Below, in pieces: positions 21,183 through 29,373 of a stretch of 64,000 bases of DNA. Where the stretch lies: positions 96,001 through 160,000 of the forward strand of contig CAVYNY010000007.1 of NCBI GenBank assembly GCA_963769935.1. The letters run 5' to 3'. The notes under the pieces were generated by a model. That model was given only the letters and a program-made list of their open reading frames with translations. It did not search any database and had not been told where the DNA came from. How positions within the stretch are numbered: position 1 is the first letter of the stretch; each line of letters opens with the position of its first letter. The position numbers and the translations under genes are program-made. This DNA is from an uncultured delta proteobacterium. Lineage in GTDB: Bacteria; Desulfobacterota; Desulfobacteria; Desulfobacterales; JAFDCJ01.

Positions 21183-21368
21183 AATTGAATATGGAAAATT
21201 GAAGATTGAATATTTTCGGTATTCTATCTTTTTATACTAAAATAATTTTAAAAAATATCTACGGGAAGACTGACAATGTATTGCTGCTGCGGTAAGCTGC
21301 TTCGCTTCGTTTTCCATATTTCAGATCAGACAGTATTCATCAAATATTCAATATTCAATTTTCAATAT

Positions 21369-22772
21369 TCATTTCCTAATGATCGCTTTGGCAGGTATCA
21401 ACCCCGTTGCGCTTGCCGACACGATGTTGCCGGCGACCCCCGGGCCATCGCCGGCTACGTACATTCCGCTCATCTTCGTTTCCAGGTCGTCACTGGTGTC
21501 CACCTGGGTGGCAAAAAATTTAATCTCCGGTGCGTAAAGCAGGGTCTCGTCATTGGCCACGCCCGGAACGACACAGTTTAACTTTTCCAGCCCCTCAATG
21601 ATGTTGGCCAGGATTCTTTCCGGCAAGGCCATGGCAATGTCGCCGCAGACAACATCTTTCATCGTCGGCTCGATATATCCCTTGTGGATCCGATGCCACG
21701 TGCTGCGGCGCCCCCGCTTGAGATCGCCAAAACGCTGCAAAATAGGCTTGCCGCCGCCGATCAGGGTGGCCAGGCTGCCGATGCGTTCCCCGTAGGCCTG
21801 GTTGTCCGTGACCGGTTCTGTGAGAATCACTTTGGAAAGAAAAGCAAAATTGGTGTTCGCTGATTTCTTATCCATGTAAGCATGGCCGTTGACGCAGACA
21901 AAGTCGCTGTATCTTTCCAATGAAACGAAGCCGCCTTTATTGGTGCAGAAGGTGCGCGTCTGATCGTCGTACTTTCCGGTCTGAATGAAAAATGTGGGGT
22001 CATAGATGATATCACACAGATCCTGCATGATGTCATTGTGAACTTCGACCCTGACACCCACCTCGATGCCGCGCTGTTTAAGCCCGATACCATGTTTTTG
22101 CGCCTGTTGCCCGACCCAGTCGGCACCCGCCCGGCCGGGAGCGAGAACTATATTGGGGGCAAAATAATTTTTACGGTTGGTTGCGACACCGACGGCGCGA
22201 CTGTTTTCGATTAAGACCTCTTTAACCTCTTCGGAGGTGTGGATCACCACCCCTTGGGATTTGATGTAATCTGCCATACCGGCAATGTAATCAGGCAGAC
22301 GGTCGCTGCCCAAATGCTTCTGCTTTATGATCAGCAGATCGATGCCGTAGCGCTTGGCCCGTTTGCGGATTTCTCTCGCCTGATCCATGTCGGTGGGAAA
22401 GGAAGGTCCGTCCATGCCGAATTTGTTGAAAATTTGCTCGGTTTCGTTAATCAGTTCTTCAGCCTTGTGAATCGGCATGAATTGGGATAGATCGGTTTTC
22501 CCCAATTTATAGATGTAGTTTAATTTGCCGTCCGAAAACAGTCCGGCTCCCCCGATGCCGCTCAGAATATTGCAGGGCTTGCATTTGATGCATTCTTGAT
22601 AGGAATTGATCGGACAATTGCGTCTCTTAGGACCTTTGCCTTTTTCAATAAGCAGTATCTTTTTGGAGGAATGCTCGCTTAAATGATAGGCCGCAAACAA
22701 CCCGGCCGGTCCCCCGCCGACGATGATGACATCATAGTTGAAAGTTTTATCCGTTGCTTTGGTATCCGTCAT
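21369..22772 (-). CDS. FAD-dependent oxidoreductase of uncharacterised function (COG2509-like)
   Basis: IVGGGPAG, GGAGLFSDGKL, RTFC, VNGH, YAPEIKF, AGDG.G motifs. Confidence 0.85.
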   Translation of the reverse strand: MTDTKATDKTFNYDVIIVGGGPAGLFAAYHLSEHSSKKILLIEKGKGPKRRNCPINSYQECIKCKPCNILSGIGGAGLFSDGKLNYIYKLGKTDLSQFMPIHKAEELINETEQIFNKFGMDGPSFPTDMDQAREIRKRAKRYGIDLLIIKQKHLGSDRLPDYIAGMADYIKSQGVVIHTSEEVKEVLIENSRAVGVATNRKNYFAPNIVLAPGRAGADWVGQQAQKHGIGLKQRGIEVGVRVEVHNDIMQDLCDIIYDPTFFIQTGKYDDQTRTFCTNKGGFVSLERYSDFVCVNGHAYMDKKSANTNFAFLSKVILTEPVTDNQAYGERIGSLATLIGGGKPILQRFGDLKRGRRSTWHRIHKGYIEPTMKDVVCGDIAMALPERILANIIEGLEKLNCVVPGVANDETLLYAPEIKFFATQVDTSDDLETKMSGMYVAGDGPGVAGNIVSASATGLIPAKAIIRK

Positions 22773-22896
22773 AGATCCTCATTTTGATCCAGCATTCCAA
22801 TATACCCGTATGCCGGCATCCCGGTAGGTTTTTGGCGATCTATCAACAAGTTTTGCAACTATGCCTGTTTGGTTCCGGCTTGTCCGGGTTATAAAT

Positions 22897-23532
22897 TCAG
22901 GTTTTTAAAACGGCACCTTCCTTGAATTCGGCTAAATCCTGTTTGTAGGCAAATCGGATTCTCTGCAGGGCGGTAAAATTGGCCAGAACGGCAACCAGCC
23001 AGATGGCGAATTCAAAAGCAGCCGGGTGAATCAGGGCGCCCAAACCGATCAACACAAGTCGTTCGGGTCGCTGCATGATACCCACTTTGGCTTCGAAACC
23101 CAGACTTTCAGCGCGCGACCGGGTATAGCTGACCATAAACGATCCGCATAGGGCCAGGAAAACGGCCGCCGATGTGCCGAAATCCTCCGTGTAGAAAAAA
23201 TGAGCAGCAATACCGAGAAACATGATAAATTCCGAATAACGATCGACGGTGGAATCCAACAAAGCGCCGAAACGCGACGCTTTGCCGGTGGTGCGTGCCA
23301 ATAATCCGTCAATGGTGTCGCAGAATCCGCCAAGCAGAATCATGGCGCCAGCCAGGCGGATATAACCCGTCAAGAAAGCGGCCGCCCCCAGGGAGGTGAC
23401 AACTACCCCCGCAATGGTAAAGGAGTTTGGATTCAATCCCCATTTTGAAAACAGCGTTATAAGCGGTGACAGCAGTTTTTTGAAACTGTCTTGCAATCGC
23501 TGCGGAATTAAACGCCTACTCGAATTAGCCAT
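22897..23532 (-). CDS. CDP-alcohol phosphatidyltransferase (PIP/archaetidylinositol-phosphate synthase-like)
   Basis: PNSFT, D-x-x-DG-x-x-AR...G-x-x-x-D-x-x-x-D signature, SYTRSRAESLG, RPER. Confidence 0.9.
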   Translation of the reverse strand: MANSSRRLIPQRLQDSFKKLLSPLITLFSKWGLNPNSFTIAGVVVTSLGAAAFLTGYIRLAGAMILLGGFCDTIDGLLARTTGKASRFGALLDSTVDRYSEFIMFLGIAAHFFYTEDFGTSAAVFLALCGSFMVSYTRSRAESLGFEAKVGIMQRPERLVLIGLGALIHPAAFEFAIWLVAVLANFTALQRIRFAYKQDLAEFKEGAVLKT

Positions 23533-23689
23533 GTGATTGCCCTCTGGTCCGGTTTTTTCTTGTTTGCTTTTCAAATTCCACTCTCAGGCCTGAGGCATAG
23601 TATCACATTTTCAACAGGGAAATAAAGCCCGCATTCTAAAACCTCTATCGTCTGCCCTCTGTTCTCTGCTTTCTGTCCTCTATCCTCTG

Positions 23690-24562
23690 TCATCCGTCCA
23701 GGCTAAGCATATCGGCGGCAATGTATTTTCCCTCTACCTGCCGGGCCGCAATTTGAGCTGCATACCGGCAGGCGTCAGGGATTTCTTTTCCAGCTGAAAA
23801 CCGGCTCACAAGGTAGGCGGCAAAGAAAACATCACCGGCGCCTGTTGGATCTACCGGAACTTCAATGCTCTCGGCCAGATAATGAAAGGCAGCGCCGTTT
23901 TGGATTTGAACAAATCCGCCTTCTTTCCCTAAGGTAACCAGCAGTTCCCTGATATTAAACTTACGCAGCAGTTCCGCCGGACCCATGCGGTAAAAATCGA
24001 GAACGGCACTAAATTCCACCCCATTTGCCTTGACTATGTGGGCGATGTTTAAAGCGCGTTCCAGATGCTCCGAAATCGATGTATATACCTGTTTGTTTTT
24101 CAGTTTACGGGTGAGCCCCTGAACATCCAGAAATATCATCCGGTTTGAATTGTGCAGTAAACCTGCGGCTTCCCATTCAATATCCAGAGGGTGCAGGGGG
24201 CCCAGGTGCAGTCCGTCCACCTGGTCTAGGACTGCCTGAATCTGGGCCGCTTGAATCGATCCGGCCTGCTGCGGCAATTCTTGGCTGCGGCCGTCCCCTT
24301 TGATATAGTTGATAAAGCGCGTGGTGTGCGTCGATTCTCCCCGGCAGACGGTGATGTTCTCCGCCGATAACTTATCCAGGATTGCCAGATCCTGCTGCGC
24401 CAGGTTGCTGACAATCAAGGTGTGGATGCCGTGTCTGCGGTAGGTCAGGCCTGAATAGGTGGTGACACCGCCCAATTTAAAAATGCCGCGATCATTTTCG
24501 ACGATCTTATCGATGGTCGTCGATCCGACAACGGCGATGCCATTTTTGAATGTTTTAATCAT
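23690..24562 (-). CDS. PfkB/ribokinase-family carbohydrate kinase
   Basis: N-terminal G....D...GG motif and C-terminal DPTGAGDVF. Confidence 0.9.
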   Translation of the reverse strand: MIKTFKNGIAVVGSTTIDKIVENDRGIFKLGGVTTYSGLTYRRHGIHTLIVSNLAQQDLAILDKLSAENITVCRGESTHTTRFINYIKGDGRSQELPQQAGSIQAAQIQAVLDQVDGLHLGPLHPLDIEWEAAGLLHNSNRMIFLDVQGLTRKLKNKQVYTSISEHLERALNIAHIVKANGVEFSAVLDFYRMGPAELLRKFNIRELLVTLGKEGGFVQIQNGAAFHYLAESIEVPVDPTGAGDVFFAAYLVSRFSAGKEIPDACRYAAQIAARQVEGKYIAADMLSLDG

Positions 24563-24587
24563 GCTTCAAATCTGCTAAGCTCTAACC

Positions 24588-25610
24588 ATGATCTATAACC
24601 TTGCCCAACATCTGCGTCAACCAATTAATATAGGAAGTAAATCCATTAACAGCCGGCTGGTCCTGGCGCCCATGACATTCCTGGGTCATATTGCTTTCCG
24701 TGAACTTGTGTCGCAATACGGCGGCTATGGCCTGCTGTTTTCAGAGATGTGCAGCGCCCGGGCCATCCCGGCAGAAAACCGGTATGTTTCAGCTTATTTC
24801 AGGTGGCGGGATTCAGAGCGCTCCAGACTGGTCTGCCAGATATTTGGTGCCAATCCGCAGGTTATGGCTCAAGCCGCCCGCCGGATCGAACAGGAAGCAA
24901 TGTTCGGTGTGGACATCAATTTCGGATGCGCCAACGGCAGTATCTGCCGCAGGAATTGCGGCGCCGCAATATTGAAAGATCCCGATCTGGCCGTCAAAAT
25001 TGTGGCCAAGGTGCGCCAGGCTGTATCGATTCCGGTGTCCGTTAAATTTCGCACAGGATGGAAAGATGAACCCGGGGAGGCTGCGAAACTTGCCGCAGGA
25101 TTTGAAAGTGCCGGCGCCGATGCCTTGATTTTCCATCCAAGGGTGGCGCCGGACCGCCGCTCCCGGCCGCCCAAGTGGGAGTATATCGGTATGGTTAAAA
25201 ATGCCGTCGCGATACCGGTGTTCGGCAACGGCGATGTGTTTGACCGCAGCGACTGCAGCAGGATTTTAGAGGAGACCGGTTGTGATGGTGTCGCCTTAGG
25301 AAGAATGGCCATCGCAAGACCCTGGATATTTGCGGAGTGGACCAATGATTTTAAGCCCGGTCCTGATATTTTTCGTGACACTGCGCTTCAACTGGCCGGG
25401 TTGCTTGCAAAGCATTACGGTCCCCGGATGGCCATCAGACGCTACAAGCGATTTGCCTATTATTTTTGCGCCAACTTTCGATACGGTCACACCTTGTATT
25501 CACAGGTATTGAACGCACCCGATATGTCCCGGCTCACTCAAATTATTCATCGATTTTTCGATCAAGCCCCTGATCTGGTTTCAAGGCCCAACTTGAATTT
25601 TTTTCAATAA
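24588..25610 (+). CDS. tRNA-dihydrouridine synthase (DusB-like)
   Basis: LAPM, DINFGC, VKFRTG, H.R, GNGDV, GR.AIARPWIF. Confidence 0.9.
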   Translation: MIYNLAQHLRQPINIGSKSINSRLVLAPMTFLGHIAFRELVSQYGGYGLLFSEMCSARAIPAENRYVSAYFRWRDSERSRLVCQIFGANPQVMAQAARRIEQEAMFGVDINFGCANGSICRRNCGAAILKDPDLAVKIVAKVRQAVSIPVSVKFRTGWKDEPGEAAKLAAGFESAGADALIFHPRVAPDRRSRPPKWEYIGMVKNAVAIPVFGNGDVFDRSDCSRILEETGCDGVALGRMAIARPWIFAEWTNDFKPGPDIFRDTALQLAGLLAKHYGPRMAIRRYKRFAYYFCANFRYGHTLYSQVLNAPDMSRLTQIIHRFFDQAPDLVSRPNLNFFQ

Positions 25611-25732
25611 CCGGATCAAAACCCTGACAGATTAGCTAGTTTAATGTCAGCTTTTGATTCATTTTTTTTCAATTTAAGGTTGGAAATATCTAAATATATT
25701 GATATTAAATTATAATTTTTAAAAGTCTAGAT

Positions 25733-25748
25733 TGGCATGTTTCATGCT
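25733..25748 (+). promoter_or_regulatory. Sigma54 -24/-12 promoter candidate
   Basis: TGGCATG-N4-ATGC with exact GG-N10-GC spacing, preceded by a very AT-rich tract, upstream of the kinase gene. Confidence 0.6.
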
Positions 25749-25918
25749 CGCAAAAGGAAGCGATGAGGTATTTTTCTGATTAGAACATTTTTTGGGTTTT
25801 CCGCTCAATTGGGATTTTCCAGAGGCGGATATATTTTCGCCTTGATCCAAGTGCCTTGTACGGTTTGATATTTTGACGCAGGGCATCCACCGGGTTTTCC
25901 GGGTTGGGGTTACAGTTG

Positions 25919-27646
25919 ATGAGTATTGCATTGACCTATGAAGAATTGAGAACGAAACTCGCCGAATTAGAACAAAAATCCGCGGTCCGGGAGCAAGCTG
26001 CGGCGAAGGCTGCAAATCTCAATAATGAACTCGAACAACGGGTGGCCGAGCGTACGTCCGATTTGCACGAGATAATAAAACTGCTCAAGTTAGAAATAAC
26101 AGAGCGTAAGCGGATTGAGGATCAGTTGAGAGATTCGGAAAATAAATTCCGAATTCTGACCGAACTCTCACCCCTGGGTGTTTCACTGATTGGCAGTGAT
26201 GGTCGCTATAAATATGTTAACCCCCGGTTTGTTGAGATTTTCGGCTACGCGCCGGCAGAAATCCCTACCGGGCGGGACTGGTTTCTCAAAGCCTTCCCTG
26301 AAATCAGTAATCGCCGGCAGGCTATGGCAGCGTGGATGCATGATCTCAAGGAGGCCGAAGTCGGCGAGGTACGCCCGCGTATTTACGAGGTGCGATGCAG
26401 CGACGGTTCCGATAAAACGATCAATTTCCGACCCGTAACGATGGAAGGGGGCGATCAATTCGTAATTTATGAAGACGTCACGGAACGCAGGCGCTTGGAG
26501 GCTCACCTGCAGCAGGCCCAGAAAATGGAAGCTATCGGTACACTGGCCGGCGGGATTGCTCATGACTTTAATAATATCCTCGCGGCCATACTGGGCTACG
26601 GTGAATTGCTGGCCTTTGACATGCCCAAAGATACTCCTGCCTGGCAGAACCTGCAGGCGGTGCTCAAATCCTGTCATCGGGCCAAGGATCTTATCGGCCA
26701 AATCCTGGCCTTCAGCCGCCAGAACGAACGGAATTCAATGCCGGTTCGAGTCAGCGCCATCGTTAAAGAGGCCCTGAAAATGTTGAGAGCCTCTCTGCCC
26801 GCCACGATTGAGATTCGCCGGCATATCGAAACTCCGGACGGCATCGTCAATGTCAATGCCACTCACATACATCAGGTTTTGATGAATCTGTGCACCAATG
26901 CCAGCCATGCGATGCGTGAGAAAGGAGGGGTGCTCGGGGTAAAATTGAGCCGATGGCACGCCGAAATGGCAGAACAACTGCCCCATCCCGATCTGACGCC
27001 CGGGACTTTTTTGAGACTCAGTGTGAGTGATACCGGCCATGGTATGACAGCCGAGCAGATGCAGCGAATATTTGATCCGTATTATACCACCAAAGATGCC
27101 GGTGAAGGGACCGGTCTGGGACTGGCGGTCGTTCAGGGAATCGTCAGGGCCCACGGCGGTGCCATCAAAGTTAAGAGTTCACCTGAAAAGGGATCGGTCT
27201 TTGATGTATACCTGCCCGAAATGCAAAAAGAAATCATCACCCAAGAGGAACCTATCCAACCTTATCTTACCGGCCATGAGACCATTCTATTTGTGGATGA
27301 CGAACAGGCCCTGGTGGCCATGAGCAAACAAATGCTCGAATTATTGGGCTATAAAGCGGTCACCCGAACCAGCAGCCTCGAAGCGTATGACCTGTTTCGG
27401 CATGATCCGGGTAGTTTCGACCTGGTAATTACCGATATGACCATGCCGAATATGACCGGCGAAAAGCTGGCCGGCAAGATTTTGGCGATCCGGCCGGATA
27501 TCCCTGTGATTCTGTGCACCGGCTACAGCGATCAAATTACGGAACAGCGTGCCAAGGATATGGGAATCCAGGCCTTTGTCATGAAGCCGCTGATCATGAG
27601 GGATTTAGCCGGCACGATTCGAGAGGTGTTGGATAAAACCGGATAG
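25919..27646 (+). CDS. Cytoplasmic hybrid histidine kinase (PAS, HisKA, HATPase, REC)
   Basis: GGIAHDFNN, NLCTNA, GTGLGL, C-terminal REC. No transmembrane segment seen. Confidence 0.93.
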   Translation: MSIALTYEELRTKLAELEQKSAVREQAAAKAANLNNELEQRVAERTSDLHEIIKLLKLEITERKRIEDQLRDSENKFRILTELSPLGVSLIGSDGRYKYVNPRFVEIFGYAPAEIPTGRDWFLKAFPEISNRRQAMAAWMHDLKEAEVGEVRPRIYEVRCSDGSDKTINFRPVTMEGGDQFVIYEDVTERRRLEAHLQQAQKMEAIGTLAGGIAHDFNNILAAILGYGELLAFDMPKDTPAWQNLQAVLKSCHRAKDLIGQILAFSRQNERNSMPVRVSAIVKEALKMLRASLPATIEIRRHIETPDGIVNVNATHIHQVLMNLCTNASHAMREKGGVLGVKLSRWHAEMAEQLPHPDLTPGTFLRLSVSDTGHGMTAEQMQRIFDPYYTTKDAGEGTGLGLAVVQGIVRAHGGAIKVKSSPEKGSVFDVYLPEMQKEIITQEEPIQPYLTGHETILFVDDEQALVAMSKQMLELLGYKAVTRTSSLEAYDLFRHDPGSFDLVITDMTMPNMTGEKLAGKILAIRPDIPVILCTGYSDQITEQRAKDMGIQAFVMKPLIMRDLAGTIREVLDKTG

Positions 27647-27837
27647 GTTTCATTGTAAACATTTCATCTCAAGGTTCCCATCAATTTAAGGCGACTGTTG
27701 TAAGTTATTGTCTTTTTTTTCTTCACCTTACTTTAATCAATACTTGAATATAAAAAGTAGAACAAGAATTGAAATTTAGGATTTTTTAAACTATGATCCC
27801 CTTTTAATCTCTACAATTTACCCAATGGAGGTCAAGA

Positions 27838-28257
27838 ATGAAATTTGTTCGTCAGACGTTGAAACCTGTCAGCTTTTTCCTGGCTATTTTTGTGCTGATG
27901 ATCTCAGGTCCATTTCAATCCGCCCACGCGGCCATGATCGGAACGGAATCCGTGCTGGACACATCCAGAGGCCAGCAGGCCCGGGTCTATCTCAAGTCAC
28001 TGCTGGCGCGCGAGGATGTGCGGGCAGCCCTGGTTGCTCGCGGCCTGGATCCGTTGGAGGCCAAGTCTCGCATCGACAGCCTTTCGGATGCCGAGGCCGT
28101 CAATGCAGCCGGCAGGTTCGATCAACTGCCGGCCGGCAGCGGGATTCTGGAAGCAATACTCATTATTTCATTTCTGGTCTTTCTCATACTGCTGATTACG
28201 GATATTGCCGGGTACACGAATGTTTTTCCGTTTGTTCATCACCACATAAAGAAGTAG
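27838..28257 (+). CDS. PA2779-like exported protein
   Basis: Signal peptide ending AHA-AMIGT, LLAREDV...G.DP.EA..RI..LSD.E...DQLPAG, and C-terminal TM with ITDI.G. Confidence 0.8.
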   Translation: MKFVRQTLKPVSFFLAIFVLMISGPFQSAHAAMIGTESVLDTSRGQQARVYLKSLLAREDVRAALVARGLDPLEAKSRIDSLSDAEAVNAAGRFDQLPAGSGILEAILIISFLVFLILLITDIAGYTNVFPFVHHHIKK

Positions 28258-28309
28258 GGCGTGTCACAGCGCCTGCGCAAAGACTTGACAACAGAAGAGG
28301 ACTCCGAAT

Positions 28310-29362
28310 ATGGCGCACAATATTGCCTTGATTCCAGGCGACGGCATCGGTAAGGAAGTAATACCGGCAGCAGTCCGGGTTCTGGATAGCCTGTCAAAGC
28401 GGCATGGCTTTGAAATGACCTATACCGAATTTCCTTTTTCCTGTGAGTATTATTTAAAGACCGGCAAAATGATGCCGGAGGATGGCATCGATAAACTTCG
28501 CAATTTCGATGCCATTTTCCTGGGCGCCGTTGGGGACCCCGAGGTTTCCGACCATGTTTCCTTATGGGGTCTGCTGCTCCCGATCCGGCGCCGGATGCAG
28601 CAGTATGTCAATGTCCGGCCCGTCAGGCTGCTGCCCGGCATATCCTCACCGCTCGCCAACCGCACCTCGGAAGATATCGACTTTATCGTGGTGCGCGAAA
28701 ATAATGAAGGCGAATACTCGGAAATCGGCGGCCGTCTTTACAGCGGTACAGATTCGGAGATGGTTGTCCAGGAAACCGTTTTCACCCGCAAGGGGGTGGA
28801 TCGCATTTTGCGGTACGCCTTCGAACTGGCCCGCAGTCGTCCGGAAAAGCATCTGACATCCGCCACCAAATCAAACGGCATCATCCACACCATGCCTTAC
28901 TGGGATGAGCGTTTCCGGGCCATATCCAAGGAATACCCGGAGGTTGCAGTCGATCAGTTCCATATCGATATTCTGACGGCCCACTTCGTGCAGCACCCCG
29001 ATTGGTTTGACGTCGTTGTCGGCAGCAACCTGTTTGGCGATATCCTGTCCGACCTTGGCCCCGCGATTGCCGGCAGTATTGGGATTGCCGCTTCTGCCAA
29101 TCTGAATCCCACCAAAGAATTTCCTTCCATGTTTGAGCCCGTCCACGGCTCAGCGCCTGATATCGCCGGCAAGGGCATTGCCAATCCCATCGGCGCCCTG
29201 TGGTCGGCCCAGATGATGCTGGAGTTTTTAGGAGAAGAAACGGCGGCGCGGGCCCTGATGAGTGCCATCGAAACCGCTACGGCCTCGAAAATTCTGACGC
29301 GGGACTTAGGCGGAGAGGCGACCACAAAATCGTTTACCGATGCCGTCATCCAAAACTTATAA
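28310..29362 (+). CDS. Tartrate dehydrogenase / D-malate dehydrogenase (decarboxylating), TtuC/DmlA family
   Basis: IPGDGIG, DHVSLWGLL, RENNEGEYS, SATKSNG, MPYWD, NLFGDILSD, FEPVHGSAPDI. Confidence 0.92.
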   Translation: MAHNIALIPGDGIGKEVIPAAVRVLDSLSKRHGFEMTYTEFPFSCEYYLKTGKMMPEDGIDKLRNFDAIFLGAVGDPEVSDHVSLWGLLLPIRRRMQQYVNVRPVRLLPGISSPLANRTSEDIDFIVVRENNEGEYSEIGGRLYSGTDSEMVVQETVFTRKGVDRILRYAFELARSRPEKHLTSATKSNGIIHTMPYWDERFRAISKEYPEVAVDQFHIDILTAHFVQHPDWFDVVVGSNLFGDILSDLGPAIAGSIGIAASANLNPTKEFPSMFEPVHGSAPDIAGKGIANPIGALWSAQMMLEFLGEETAARALMSAIETATASKILTRDLGGEATTKSFTDAVIQNL

Positions 29363-29373
29363 AGGGTGGACAA

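Noticed and set aside
28310..29362. leuB (3-isopropylmalate dehydrogenase)
   Set aside because: DHVSLWGLL, SATKSNG and MPYWD motifs fit tartrate/D-malate dehydrogenases, and no leuCD is nearby.
29200..29373. 58-aa N-terminal extension of the dehydratase in the ORF track
   Set aside because: It overlaps the tartrate dehydrogenase gene. Family similarity begins at ATG 29374, which has its own RBS.
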